Shown here piece by piece: positions 1 through 10,580 of a DNA stretch of 64,000 nucleotides. Each line of letters opens with the position of its first letter. Within the stretch, counting starts at the first letter, position 1. The translations under genes and the position numbers were made by a program. The notes below the pieces were generated by a model that had not been told where the DNA came from, ran no database searches, and worked only from the letters and a program-made list of their open reading frames with translations. Origin of the DNA: Parvibaculaceae bacterium (GTDB lineage: Bacteria; Pseudomonadota; Alphaproteobacteria; Rhizobiales; Aestuariivirgaceae); assembly GCA_050246735.1 (NCBI GenBank), contig JBFWVM010000001.1, forward strand, positions 338,004 through 402,003. The letters run 5' to 3'.

Positions 1-1
1 G

Positions 2-1576
2 CTCACCACCTATTTCGGCGCGCTCGGCGACAATGCCGGCCTTGCGCTCGACCTCCCGGTCGCGGGCCTGCATGTCGATCTCTGCGCCGCGCCGGAACAG
101 GGCGAGACGATCCTGAGGGATGTCCGGTCCGACCTCATATTCTCGCTCGGTCTCGTGAGCGGCCGCAACATCTGGCGCAACGATCTGACGCGAAGTCTCA
201 CCCGCATCGAGCGGTATGCCGGCCGGAACGGCATCGTCCTGGCGCCGTCCTCGTCGCTCCTGCACGTGCCGGTCGATCTCGCGCTTGAGCGCGATCTCGA
301 CCCCGAGATCCGGAACTGGCTCGCTTTCGCGACGCAGAAGATCGAAGAGACCGCGCTGCTGGCACGAGGACTGCGCGAGGGGCGCGTGGCGATCGCCGCC
401 GCGCTTGCCCTCTCGGACGAGGCCGCGGAGGAACGGAAATCCTCGGCCAGGATCCACGACAAGGTGGCGCAGCTTCGCGCCCGCAACGTGACGCACGAGA
501 TGACATTGCGCCTCAATCCGTTCAACCGGCGACGGCGGGTCCAGGCGGCGAAGCTCGGCCTGCCGGCCTTTCCCACGACGACCATCGGCTCCTTCCCGCA
601 GACGGCGGACGTGCGCAAGGCGCGGGCCGCCCACGCCAAGGGCGAGATGTCGGCGGAGGCCTATGACGCCTTCCTGCGCAAGGAGACGGAAGCGGCGGTG
701 CGCTGGCAGGAAGAGATCGGCATCGACGTGCTCGTCCATGGCGAGTTCGAGCGCAACGACATGGTGCAGTATTTCGGCGAGCAGCTTAGAGGCTTCACCT
801 TCACCAGGCACGGCTGGGTGCAGAGCTATGGCTCGCGCTATGTGCGCCCGCCGGTCATCTTCGGCGACGTGTCGCGGCCCAAACCGATGACCGTCGCCTG
901 GTCGGCCTACGCGCAGTCGCTCACCGAGCGGCCGTTGAAAGGGATGCTGACCGGTCCGGTGACGATCCTGCAATGGTCCTTCGTGCGGGACGACCTTGCG
1001 CGCAGCGATGTCTGCCGCCAGATCGCGCTTGCCATACGCGACGAGGTTCTCGATCTCGAGGATGCCGGCATCGGCATCATCCAGATCGACGAGCCGGCGA
1101 TCCGCGAGGGCCTGCCGCTGCGCCGCGCCGACTGGAAGGGCTATCTCGGCTGGGCCGTCGAGTGCTTCCGTCTCGCCGCCTCCGGCGTCAGGGACGAGAC
1201 CCAGATCCATACCCATATGTGCTATTGCGAGTTCAACGACATCATCGAGGCCATCGGATCGATGGACGCGGACGTCATCTCGATCGAGACGTCGCGCTCG
1301 AAGATGGAGTTGCTCGACGCCTTCGTCTCCTATCGCTATCCGAACGAGATCGGCCCCGGCGTCTATGACATCCATTCACCGCGCGTGCCCGAGGCCGACG
1401 AAATGGTGGGGCTTCTGATCAAGGCGAGGAGCCATCTTTCGCCCGACCAGATCTGGGTCAACCCGGACTGCGGGCTCAAGACGCGCAAATGGGAAGAGGT
1501 GCGGCCAGCTCTCGTCAACATGGTGGCGGCGGCCAGAAAGCTGCGCGGCGGCATCGACACCGCCGCGGTGGAATAG
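2..1576 (+). CDS. metE: Cobalamin-independent methionine synthase (5'-truncated by window edge)
   Basis: Frame open from position 2 (LTTYFG...LPVAGLHVDL). Contains GRNIWR, TTTIGSFPQT, HGEFERNDMV, GWVQSYGSR, THMCY, WVNPDCGLKTR. Confidence 0.97.
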   Translation, partial: LTTYFGALGDNAGLALDLPVAGLHVDLCAAPEQGETILRDVRSDLIFSLGLVSGRNIWRNDLTRSLTRIERYAGRNGIVLAPSSSLLHVPVDLALERDLDPEIRNWLAFATQKIEETALLARGLREGRVAIAAALALSDEAAEERKSSARIHDKVAQLRARNVTHEMTLRLNPFNRRRRVQAAKLGLPAFPTTTIGSFPQTADVRKARAAHAKGEMSAEAYDAFLRKETEAAVRWQEEIGIDVLVHGEFERNDMVQYFGEQLRGFTFTRHGWVQSYGSRYVRPPVIFGDVSRPKPMTVAWSAYAQSLTERPLKGMLTGPVTILQWSFVRDDLARSDVCRQIALAIRDEVLDLEDAGIGIIQIDEPAIREGLPLRRADWKGYLGWAVECFRLAASGVRDETQIHTHMCYCEFNDIIEAIGSMDADVISIETSRSKMELLDAFVSYRYPNEIGPGVYDIHSPRVPEADEMVGLLIKARSHLSPDQIWVNPDCGLKTRKWEEVRPALVNMVAAARKLRGGIDTAAVE

Positions 1577-1612
1577 CGCGCAGAGCCGGCCAGAAAGCGG
1601 CCGGCTCGCTTC

Positions 1613-1816
1613 TCAATGACGGGAAGCGTCGATGACATCCAACAGGAGTTCCCGCAGCCGCGCAATGCCGGCCGACCGGCCCTCCTTGCGGTCGAGGCGG
1701 GCTATTTCGCACGCCGCCGCGGTGGCAACGTCCGCGTCCGGCGGAAGATGCATCAGCCAGGCCAGGAGAACGTCCTCCGGCTTCTGCTGCGAGAGCCGAT
1801 CCGGCGTATGCTTCAT
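1613..1816 (-). CDS. 67-aa hypothetical protein (MKHTPDRLSQQ...)
   Basis: ATG overlaps the Rieske gene TGA (ATGA), indicating translational coupling; helical-looking sequence. Confidence 0.65.
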   Translation of the reverse strand: MKHTPDRLSQQKPEDVLLAWLMHLPPDADVATAAACEIARLDRKEGRSAGIARLRELLLDVIDASRH

Positions 1817-3042
1817 GGCCTGCCGATCTCCTCCAGATACCATCCGACATAGCGCAGCTGGTTGTACTCCATGGGCGCGATCGGTCCCGGTACGAAATAG
1901 CGCGAACGCACGCCGCGCGCCGCGTGCTCGATAATCTTCTTGTCCTCCCCGGTGGTCACCTTCCACAGCCAGGTCAGCCTGGCGGGATCGTAGTCGCGCC
2001 CTTCCACCGCATCGCCGCGCACCAGCCAGATGAGCTCCATCTCGCAGCTGTCGACGGTCTTGGGAATGAAGCGATAGATCATGCCGTGGTCGGGATAACA
2101 GACGAGGAAGCTCGTTCCTCCGACATGGATCGAGGTGACGCCGCCGTCATACCGGCGGAACTTGCCCATCAGAGGCGCTACCGGCGAGCCGTCCTCGCTG
2201 CCGCTCGAGGCGCCGTCGTAAAGCGCATAGCGGAAGACGTCGATAGCCTCCTTGCCCGACAGCGAGTTCTGCCAGTGATTGCCGGAGGTGATGCTGATGC
2301 CGAGCGCGCAGGTACGATCTTCCATCTGGCGGTTCATATCGGCGATATGTTCGGCCGGCTGTTCGAGCGCGTGAGTCTTCGAATATTCGGGATGTGCTGG
2401 CCCGCAATGATAGCATTCGACATAGTTCTCGACGGCGAGCTTCCAGTTCGCCTCGATCGCATAGGTCTCGCGATGCGCGACCTTGGCCTCGCTCCAGCCA
2501 TATTGCCCGCAACTCGCCCGCAATGACTGCTCGACGATGGTGAAGTCCAGCGGGGCATCGGCGAAGGAAATGAAGACCAGGCCTTCCGCTACGCGGACAT
2601 GCAGTTGATGCAGGCCGTGCTTCTCGCGGTCGAAATCTCTGGGCATCAGGCGCGCAGCCTTGAGGCGTCCATCGATGGAATAGGTCCAGGCATGATAGGG
2701 GCATATGAAGAAACGGGCATTGCCCTTCGGCCTGGTGCAGACCTCGGCACCCCGGTGGCGGCAGACATTCAGGAAGGCGCGGATGGTGCCATCGATCCCA
2801 CGCGCGACGATCACCGCCTCGCGTTCGAGGTTGAACAGCTCGAAATCGCCGGGATTGGGCAGAATGCTGGCATGGCCGATGCAGTGCCAGTGGCGGCGGA
2901 TAACGCGCTCCATGTCGCGTTCAAAGACGTCGGCATCGGCATAGAAGGATCGCGGCAGGCCATGTCCTCTCCGGCAGCTCGCGATCAACTGGTCGATTTT
3001 GTCGCCCGGTCTGTCCTGATGAAGAAGTGCAACAGTCGTCAT
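1813..3042 (-). CDS. Rieske non-heme iron oxygenase alpha subunit (quaternary-amine demethylase-like group)
   Basis: CRHRG...CPYHAW Rieske motif; ENYVECYHC..AH mononuclear Fe ligands; C-terminal ED; start MTTVALL with GAGGA upstream. Confidence 0.93.
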   Translation of the reverse strand: MTTVALLHQDRPGDKIDQLIASCRRGHGLPRSFYADADVFERDMERVIRRHWHCIGHASILPNPGDFELFNLEREAVIVARGIDGTIRAFLNVCRHRGAEVCTRPKGNARFFICPYHAWTYSIDGRLKAARLMPRDFDREKHGLHQLHVRVAEGLVFISFADAPLDFTIVEQSLRASCGQYGWSEAKVAHRETYAIEANWKLAVENYVECYHCGPAHPEYSKTHALEQPAEHIADMNRQMEDRTCALGISITSGNHWQNSLSGKEAIDVFRYALYDGASSGSEDGSPVAPLMGKFRRYDGGVTSIHVGGTSFLVCYPDHGMIYRFIPKTVDSCEMELIWLVRGDAVEGRDYDPARLTWLWKVTTGEDKKIIEHAARGVRSRYFVPGPIAPMEYNQLRYVGWYLEEIGRP

Positions 3043-3182
3043 CTTCTCGTTCCGTCCTCGCAACCCATGAGCGTCGGCGGTGCAGGTACGGAAGAAGAGG
3101 GGAGATTTGGCCGATCGGCATGCGGAACACGCGCCCGGCAAATCGCCACTCGACCGCCCACCGCAGTCCGTCGGCAATGCTC

Positions 3183-3357
3183 GAGGCTGGTTTCCGGGCT
3201 TGGGACTGTCCTTGCCGGACGGCCGCCCCGCCTTCCCGGGCCAAAGCCCAGTGGCGATTGGAGCGGCAATGCATCCCTTACCGTTACGGGGGTAGCGCCG
3301 GTTTCGCACCGGCTTCCCAATTATCCTGCCCTACGAGGGCAGGCACCCAAAGCAACC
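3183..3357 (-). ncRNA. Cobalamin riboswitch upstream of the Rieske oxygenase
   Basis: Minus strand reads GGGAAGCCGGTGCGAAACCGGCGCTACCCCCGTAACGGTAA...GCCACTGGG...GGGAAGG...AGCCCGGAAACCAGCC (B12 box). Confidence 0.92.
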
Positions 3358-3510
3358 ATGATTAGACCATGAGAGCCGCCTACCGGCAAGAGGTGAGAAG
3401 ATTTACGACGGCCGGCACAGGACCTCACCGATCAAGCTTCGGCCAAGCGGGCCCTCGACCTCTGTCCCTTCACATGAGCGATGCACGGCCTTCAATCCCG
3501 GAGATTGAAG

Positions 3511-4251
3511 TCATGCGTAGCTACCGGAAAGGCTTTGTCGGCCGCGGGCGGCAAGTTCGCGTTCGACGACAGCCCCAAAGGCGAGCCCGATGACCGTCCA
3601 CAGAATGAGCTGAATGCCGAGCGATGCCACGCGGAATTTCCAGAGCACGACGGCCGAAAACTGCTCGGGTACCTCATTGATGTCGGGCATCGCATATTTG
3701 ACGATCGCGAACGCTATCAGGAAGGCCAGCGCGGCGGCGATCGACGCATTCCAGCCGCCGATCTGATTCCACAGGCGCCGCGCCAGGCCGATTGCCAGAA
3801 TCATGGCCGCCAGAGAGATGACAATCATGATGAAGTAGAGCTCCGTGCGGTACCCGATGGTTTCCGGATTCCCTACCGATGGTGGATTGGCCGGATATTT
3901 GAGCCCTGGAACAATGATGATCGCCAAAAAGCCGAGGAGGGCTATCAGCGCCGACGTGCCTCGCGGGCCAAGCGAGCCGAGCCTTCCATAGGCAAAAGCA
4001 AAAACGAGGGAGAAGAGTCCGCCAAGTGCGGCGCCGTAGACCAATATGCCGGTCGCAAGGCCAATTCCGGCTTGCGTGGTCCGGCTGACAAGCTCGGGCT
4101 CCGGCGCCTCGCCGGCGGCCTGGGCCGTTTGTTCCTCGAAGGCAATAGCCTGGTCCACAGGCGGCTCGCCGTAAATGCGAGCGAATGCGAAAGCCAGTAT
4201 CCCTGCAACCAACCCGACAAGCATGCCCCGCAGCAGAAGTCTTCCGACCAT
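3511..4251 (-). CDS. cbtA: CbtA family predicted cobalt transporter subunit
   Basis: LLLRGMLVGLVAG, EPPVDQAIAFEE, LKYPANPPSVG, WKFRVASLG; lies after cbtB. Confidence 0.93.
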   Translation of the reverse strand: MVGRLLLRGMLVGLVAGILAFAFARIYGEPPVDQAIAFEEQTAQAAGEAPEPELVSRTTQAGIGLATGILVYGAALGGLFSLVFAFAYGRLGSLGPRGTSALIALLGFLAIIIVPGLKYPANPPSVGNPETIGYRTELYFIMIVISLAAMILAIGLARRLWNQIGGWNASIAAALAFLIAFAIVKYAMPDINEVPEQFSAVVLWKFRVASLGIQLILWTVIGLAFGAVVERELAARGRQSLSGSYA

Positions 4252-4268
4252 GATCGTTTCTCCTTAGA

Positions 4269-4338
4269 GCTCCCAAGATATTGATTTGGCGCGAATCCTT
4301 TTCGGCGAAGTGATTCCACTTCGCCGGGATGCGCGCTA
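4269..4338 (-). repeat. 70-bp palindromic intergenic repeat (RIME/REP-like), copy 1
   Basis: Reverse complement matches 33641-33710 at 67/70 nt; begins at the TAG stop of cbtB. Confidence 0.9.
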
Positions 4339-4545
4339 GTGGCAGGGAAAGCCGAGGAGGTGGCGGCCGTCATGCACGAACTCATGCACATACATGCCGG
4401 AGATGAGGGACGTCGCGCCTTCCTCCGCTCCGACGAAGTAAATGGCCAGCAGCAGCAACAGACCGGCGAAGAGGGCCCAGGGCAGCAATTCGCCCACGGG
4501 AATGGGTTCGGGCCGGACACCCGGTGACAGCGCAATATCGGACAT
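4336..4545 (-). CDS. cbtB: CbtB family predicted cobalt transporter small subunit
   Basis: 69 aa, one TM, C-terminal HEFVHDGRHLLGFPCH; SD GGAGG. Confidence 0.93.
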   Translation of the reverse strand: MSDIALSPGVRPEPIPVGELLPWALFAGLLLLLAIYFVGAEEGATSLISGMYVHEFVHDGRHLLGFPCH

Positions 4546-4594
4546 GAATGCCTCCTGGGATACGTCGTCCCAAAGCAAATGACTGGACGCGATG

Positions 4595-4720
4595 CATAGC
4601 GGTCTGACTTGCAATCCCCGAGCCATCGGGGGCTGATCACAGTGGCGAGACCGTGCCGGAATTCCACCGGCTTCGCTTGCATTGCAGCCTCGAAGAGTAT
4701 GGCGGCTGTCTGTTCGTGTC
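4595..4720 (-). ncRNA. Short-form cobalamin riboswitch upstream of cbtBA
   Basis: Minus strand GAAGCCGGTGGAATTCCGGCACGGTCTCGCCACTGTGA...AGTCAGACC. Confidence 0.85.
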
Positions 4721-4791
4721 AACGAAAGACCAGTAAAACCAAGCCCTTCGGCAACAAGTTTTCACTGCGGAAGATTACGGGATTGTAATTC

Positions 4792-5361
4792 ATGAAGGCA
4801 TTGCGGCTGACGCTCGTGTGCAGCGGGATCACACAGGGCATGCGGAAGCAGGAATTTCCGCTCGACCGGCCTTTGGAGAAGCGCTCCATCGACCTTGCAC
4901 ATTCGCTGCGCCCGCGGCTGGCGGCTGCGGACCGGGCTCTGTCCGCACCGGCGCTGCGTGCTCGCCAGACCGCCGACCTCTTGGGGCTGGATGCCACGGT
5001 GCGCGAAGATCTGCGTGACCAGGACCATGGCGTGTGGGCCGGAAAAGCGGTTTCCGAAGTCGAAGCCCTGGAGCCCGGCGCGCTCGCGGCCTGGCTGACG
5101 GATCCCGCCTATGCCCAGCAGGGCGGGGAGTCCGTCGCCGACGTGTCGAGACGCACAGCAGCCTTCCTTGACGAGATGCGCGGCGCATCCGGACATGTGA
5201 TCGCGGTGACCCATGGCGCCGTGGTGCGCGCGGCAATCGTGCACGTTCTGGCAGCGCCTTTGTCGGCGTTCCGGCATATCGATGCGCCGCCCCTCGGGCT
5301 CACCGACCTTCGTCACAACGGGTCGCGGTGGGTATTGCGCGCGCATGCCTTCCCGGAATGA
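4792..5361 (+). CDS. Histidine phosphatase family protein (CobC-like) with degenerate N-terminal motif
   Basis: LTLVCSG in place of RHG; LRARQTA, GES and AVTHGAVVRA motifs present. Confidence 0.8.
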   Translation: MKALRLTLVCSGITQGMRKQEFPLDRPLEKRSIDLAHSLRPRLAAADRALSAPALRARQTADLLGLDATVREDLRDQDHGVWAGKAVSEVEALEPGALAAWLTDPAYAQQGGESVADVSRRTAAFLDEMRGASGHVIAVTHGAVVRAAIVHVLAAPLSAFRHIDAPPLGLTDLRHNGSRWVLRAHAFPE

Positions 5362-5404
5362 ACCGGCCAAATACTTGCGGCCATGGTGAACATTTGCTAG
5401 CTGT

Positions 5405-5580
5405 CCCGCGTCGGTTTCCGAAAGGAATTGAAAGGGAATCCGCCGTCGGACGAAAATCCGGCGAACCGGAACTGCCCCCGCAACTGTAGGCGGTGAGCGG
5501 ACTGCGCATGAGCCACTGTGGCGCAAGCCATGGGAAGGCCGCAGCCCGCGACGATCCGCCAGTCAGGAGACCTGCCGACA
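5405..5580 (+). ncRNA. Cobalamin riboswitch upstream of ABC transporter
   Basis: AAAGGGAATCCG...CCGGAACTGCCCCCGCAACTGTA...GCCACTG...GGGAAGG...AGTCAGGAGACCTGCC. Confidence 0.95.
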
Positions 5581-5743
5581 AACGCTACGCAACGTGGCCT
5601 GGACGGGGTTGTCCGGGGAGGTGCAAAGTGGATTTTCGCCAAAGGCCGAGCCTGTGGGCGCCTTCATGCAGGGCGCTTCGCTTGCGGCTTTTGCGGGCCC
5701 TTCCCGTCCTGTCTTCGGTCGCCCTCACGATTGGAGACATGAG

Positions 5744-6754
5744 ATGACTACCAGAACCGTCCTTGCCGCGCTCTTCGTGGCAAGCTGCTTCGTCCTTCCG
5801 TCCGCCGCCGGGACCGCCTATCCGCTGCACCTGAAGAATTGCGGCGTCAACGTCACTTTCGACAAGGCCCCCGACAGCGCGGTGACCGTGGGACAGGCCG
5901 CGACCGAGATCCTCTATTCGCTGGGGCTCGCCGACAAGGTGAAGGGCACTTCGGTATGGTTCACCGACGTCCTGCCCGAGTTCAAGGACGTGAACGCGAG
6001 AATCGAGCGGCTCGCCGACAACGATCCGAGCTTCGAAAGCGTCGTGGCGAAGAAGCCCGGCATGGTCGCCGCGCAGTATGAATGGCATATCGGCCCGCAG
6101 GGCATCGTCGGGACGCGCGAGCAGTTCACCGACGTGGGTATCCCGACCTACATTCTTCCCGCCGACTGCTGGAACAAGGACAACGCCACAGGATCCGACG
6201 GCACCCGCTCCGCCATGTTCGTCATGGAGAGCATCTATGCCGGCGTGACCGAGCTCGCCCGGATATTCGACGTCGCGGACCGCGGCGAAAGGCTGGTCGC
6301 CGACCTCAAGGCGCGCGAGGCGGCGGCGATCGGGAAGGCGAAGGGACTCGGCCTCGACGGCGCCTCGGCCGTCTTCTGGTTCTCCTCGGCCGAGATGGAG
6401 GCCGATCCCTATGTGGCCGGGCGCAAGGGCCCGCCCGGCTACATGATGCAGGCGCTCGGCCTGAAGAACGTCGTCGAAAGCGACGAGGAATGGCCGACGG
6501 TGAGCTGGGAAACCATCGCCCGCGCCAATCCCTCGGTCATCGTGATCGCCAGGATGGACCGCCGGCGCTTCCCGGCCGATGACTACGAGAAGAAGCTCGA
6601 ATTCCTGAAAACCGATCCGGTGGCCAGCCAGATGGACGCGGTGAAGAACGACCGCATCGTGATTCTCGACGCGCATTCGATGGACCCGTCAATCCGCAAC
6701 GTCGCGGCGCTCGAGACGCTGGCCGGCGCCTTGCCGGCCTTCGGCCTGAAGTGA
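5744..6754 (+). CDS. Class III ABC substrate-binding protein (BtuF/FecB-like)
   Basis: Signal peptide; YPLHLKNCG, EILYSLGL, PSFESVVAKKP, AVKNDRI. Confidence 0.9.
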   Translation: MTTRTVLAALFVASCFVLPSAAGTAYPLHLKNCGVNVTFDKAPDSAVTVGQAATEILYSLGLADKVKGTSVWFTDVLPEFKDVNARIERLADNDPSFESVVAKKPGMVAAQYEWHIGPQGIVGTREQFTDVGIPTYILPADCWNKDNATGSDGTRSAMFVMESIYAGVTELARIFDVADRGERLVADLKAREAAAIGKAKGLGLDGASAVFWFSSAEMEADPYVAGRKGPPGYMMQALGLKNVVESDEEWPTVSWETIARANPSVIVIARMDRRRFPADDYEKKLEFLKTDPVASQMDAVKNDRIVILDAHSMDPSIRNVAALETLAGALPAFGLK

Positions 6755-7794
6755 CGGCGGCCGACGCCGTCCCCGCCAGGCACGTGACCGGCCTCGCTCT
6801 GCGTTCCGGCGCAGGCGCGGCCGTGCTCCTCCTGGCGATCGTCGCCGGGATCGTCGTCGGCGAAACGCCGCTGCCGGTCGAAACGGTGACGGCGGTCCTG
6901 GCGAAGCATCTGTGGGGCGCCGGGCATGCCGTCGATCCCATCGAGGCGGGCATCGTCTGGAACTACCGCCTGCCGCGCACCCTGGTCGCGGCAGGCTGCG
7001 GCGCCGGGCTCGCCATTTCGGGCGTCGTGCTGCAGGCGCTGGTGCGCAACGCGCTGGCCGATCCTTACCTGCTCGGCGTGTCCGCCGGGGCGTCGACCGG
7101 GGCGGTGGCGGTGACGATCCTGGGCGTGGGGGGCGGCGTGATCGGCATTTCCGCCGGGGCGTTCGGCGGCGCCGTCCTGGCTTTCGGGCTGGTGGCGGCG
7201 CTGGCGCGCGCGGCAGGCGGCGGTCCGGCGCAGATGATCCTCGCCGGCATTGCCGGATCACAGCTGTTCAACGCCCTCACGTCGTTCTTCATCGCCAGGT
7301 CGGCCAATGCCGAACAGGCGCGCGGGATCATATTCTGGCTTCTCGGGAACCTGTCCGGCGTGCGCTGGCCGGATGTGTCGCTCGCCCTGCCGGTCGCGGC
7401 GGCCGGATTCCTCGCCTGCCTCTGGTACTCCCGCGCGCTCGACGCCTTCGCCTTCGGCGCCGATTCCGCGGCTTCGCTCGGGGTGCCCGTGCGGCGGGTG
7501 CAAGCGGTGCTGATCGCAGCGACGACGCTGGTCACGGCGGTGATGGTGAGCCTCGTCGGGTCGATCGGCTTCGTCGGCCTCGTGATCCCGCATGCGGCGC
7601 GCTTCGTCACCGGCGTGCGGCACGGACGGCTGATCCCGGCGGCGGCGCTGGCCGGCGCGGTGTTCCTCATCGCCGCCGACGTCGCCTCGCGCATGCTGAT
7701 CAAGGGGCAGGTCGTCCCGATCGGCGTCGTCACCGCGCTGGTCGGCGCACCGGGCTTCGCGCTCATCCTCATCCACAGCCGGAGGCGGGGATGA
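6751..7794 (+). CDS. FecCD/BtuC family ABC permease
   Basis: RLPR, QALVRNALADPYLLGVSAGA, GSIGFVGLVIPH. Confidence 0.93.
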   Translation: MTAADAVPARHVTGLALRSGAGAAVLLLAIVAGIVVGETPLPVETVTAVLAKHLWGAGHAVDPIEAGIVWNYRLPRTLVAAGCGAGLAISGVVLQALVRNALADPYLLGVSAGASTGAVAVTILGVGGGVIGISAGAFGGAVLAFGLVAALARAAGGGPAQMILAGIAGSQLFNALTSFFIARSANAEQARGIIFWLLGNLSGVRWPDVSLALPVAAAGFLACLWYSRALDAFAFGADSAASLGVPVRRVQAVLIAATTLVTAVMVSLVGSIGFVGLVIPHAARFVTGVRHGRLIPAAALAGAVFLIAADVASRMLIKGQVVPIGVVTALVGAPGFALILIHSRRRG

Positions 7795-8558
7795 GGCTGT
7801 CGGCCCGCAATCTCGGCTGGTCGGCAGGCGGCCGCGCCATCGTCGCCGGCATCGATCTCGAGATCGAGCCGGGAGAGACCTTCGGCCTGATCGGCCCGAA
7901 CGGCTCCGGCAAGTCGACCCTCCTGCGGCTTCTGGCGGGAATCCTGCCCGCCGCCGCGGGCGAGGTGCGACTGGAGGGGCGCCCGATGGCCGTGCTCGGG
8001 CGGCGCGAAATCGCGCGGGCGGTTGCGCTGGTGGAACAGCAGGCGGAGACCGCCGAGCGCCTGACCGCCCGCGACGCGGTGGAGCTCGGCCGCACGCCCT
8101 GGCTGTCGCCGCTGGCCCCTTTTTCATCCACCGATGCGCGGATCGTGGACGAGGCGCTGGCCGCCGCCGGCATGGCCGGCAAGGCGGAGCAGGTATGGAC
8201 GACGCTTTCCGGCGGCGAGCGCCAGCGCGTCCACTTCGCCCGCGCTCTGGCGCAGCAGCCGCGCCTCATGCTGCTGGACGAGCCGACCAACCATCTCGAC
8301 ATCCATCACCAGCTCGCGCTGCTTCGCCTGGTCGCGCGGCTGCCGGTGACGGTGGTGATCGCGCTGCACGACCTCAACCAGGCGATGGGCTGCGACCGGC
8401 TGGCCGTGATGGAGGAGGGCCGCATCGCCGCCTGCGGCGCGCCGGAGGAGATCATGACCCCCGTCCGCCTCGCCGCGATCTTCCGCGTCGGCGCCAGGAC
8501 GCTGCGCGATCCGGCCGACGACGCCATGCAGTTCCGGTTCCATTGCCTCGAGGAGTGA
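7791..8558 (+). CDS. FecE/BtuD family ABC ATPase
   Basis: GPNGSGKST, LSGGERQRV, LLDEPTNHLD, LHDLNQA. Confidence 0.95.
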   Translation: MRLSARNLGWSAGGRAIVAGIDLEIEPGETFGLIGPNGSGKSTLLRLLAGILPAAAGEVRLEGRPMAVLGRREIARAVALVEQQAETAERLTARDAVELGRTPWLSPLAPFSSTDARIVDEALAAAGMAGKAEQVWTTLSGGERQRVHFARALAQQPRLMLLDEPTNHLDIHHQLALLRLVARLPVTVVIALHDLNQAMGCDRLAVMEEGRIAACGAPEEIMTPVRLAAIFRVGARTLRDPADDAMQFRFHCLEE

Positions 8559-8617
8559 GCGGGGAGATCGATCGTGTTTCTGCCCGTTGAACGCAGCCGC
8601 CCGTCCGCGGCGCTCGT

Positions 8618-9505
8618 TCAGAAGCTCCACTCCTTGGCCTTCGACACCAGGAAGTCGCGGAAGACGGTGACCCGCTTCGAATCCTTGAGCTCTTCAGGAT
8701 AGACGAAATAGGTGTCGAATTGCGGCGTCTCGACCGGCAGGTTGACCTGCACCAGGCTCGAATTGCTGCCGACGATGTAATCGGCGAGGGAAGCGATGCC
8801 GACTCCGGCCTCGACGACGCGGCGCAGGCCATAGGCGTTGTTGACGCGCAGGAATGGCCGCCTCGTGTCGCCGTCGGCGCGCCCCGCAGTCTCCAGCCAG
8901 TTGACCGAGGTGAGATAGCTCGGCGCCTGGCCGAAAGTCACCAGGCGGTGGTTGTCGAGGTCCTCGACCGATTTCGGCATGCCGAACTTCTTGATGTATT
9001 CGGGCGCCGCATAGATGTGGTGGTGCACGGTGAAGAGCTTGCGCTGGATGAGGTCGGGCTGCACCGGCCGCCTCAGCCTGATCGCGACGTCGGCCTCGCG
9101 CATCGCCAGATCGAGCTCGCGGTCGTCGAGCATCAGCGTCACCTGGATCTGCGGATAGAGGTCGGTGAACTCGGTGAGATGCGGCGTCAGCCACACCGAG
9201 CCCAGGCCGACGGTGGTGGTGATGCGCAATTCGCCGGTCGGCTTGTCCTTGGAATCCATGAGGCGCGTCTGCGCCGCGGCCAGCTTGGCGAAGACGTCAT
9301 GGGCGGTGCGGTAGAGAACCTCGCCCTGCTCGGTGAGGATGAGGCCGCGGGCGTGGCGATGGAACAGCGCCACGTTCAGATCCTGCTCGAGCGAGCTGAT
9401 CTGCCGGCTCACCGCCGACTGCGACAGGCCCAGATCGTGCCCCGCATGCGTGAATGACCCCGCCTCCGCGACGGCGTGAAAGATCCTGAGTTTGTCCCAA
9501 TCCAT
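8618..9505 (-). CDS. lsrB: LysR family regulator, LsrB/VtlR orthologue
   Basis: MDWDKLRIFHAVAEAGSFTHA HTH; conserved rhizobial trxB-LysR-lrp context. Confidence 0.85.
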   Translation of the reverse strand: MDWDKLRIFHAVAEAGSFTHAGHDLGLSQSAVSRQISSLEQDLNVALFHRHARGLILTEQGEVLYRTAHDVFAKLAAAQTRLMDSKDKPTGELRITTTVGLGSVWLTPHLTEFTDLYPQIQVTLMLDDRELDLAMREADVAIRLRRPVQPDLIQRKLFTVHHHIYAAPEYIKKFGMPKSVEDLDNHRLVTFGQAPSYLTSVNWLETAGRADGDTRRPFLRVNNAYGLRRVVEAGVGIASLADYIVGSNSSLVQVNLPVETPQFDTYFVYPEELKDSKRVTVFRDFLVSKAKEWSF

Positions 9506-9562
9506 GGCAATGCTGTTTCTTCGGTTTGCATTGCCTATCCCCGCAATGCGTGTTCAGTCTGC

Positions 9563-9606
9563 GCATGCTGGCGCGAAAAACCAGTCTCCACTTTTTCGCG
9601 CAATGC
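9563..9606. repeat. Palindromic element, diverged relative of the 70-bp repeat
   Basis: GCGCGAAAAA-CCAGTCTCCAC-TTTTTCGCGC stem; minus-strand loop contains AAGTGGA as in copies 1 and 2. Confidence 0.55.
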
Positions 9607-9614
9607 TGTTTTCC

Positions 9615-10580
<966 letters not shown>

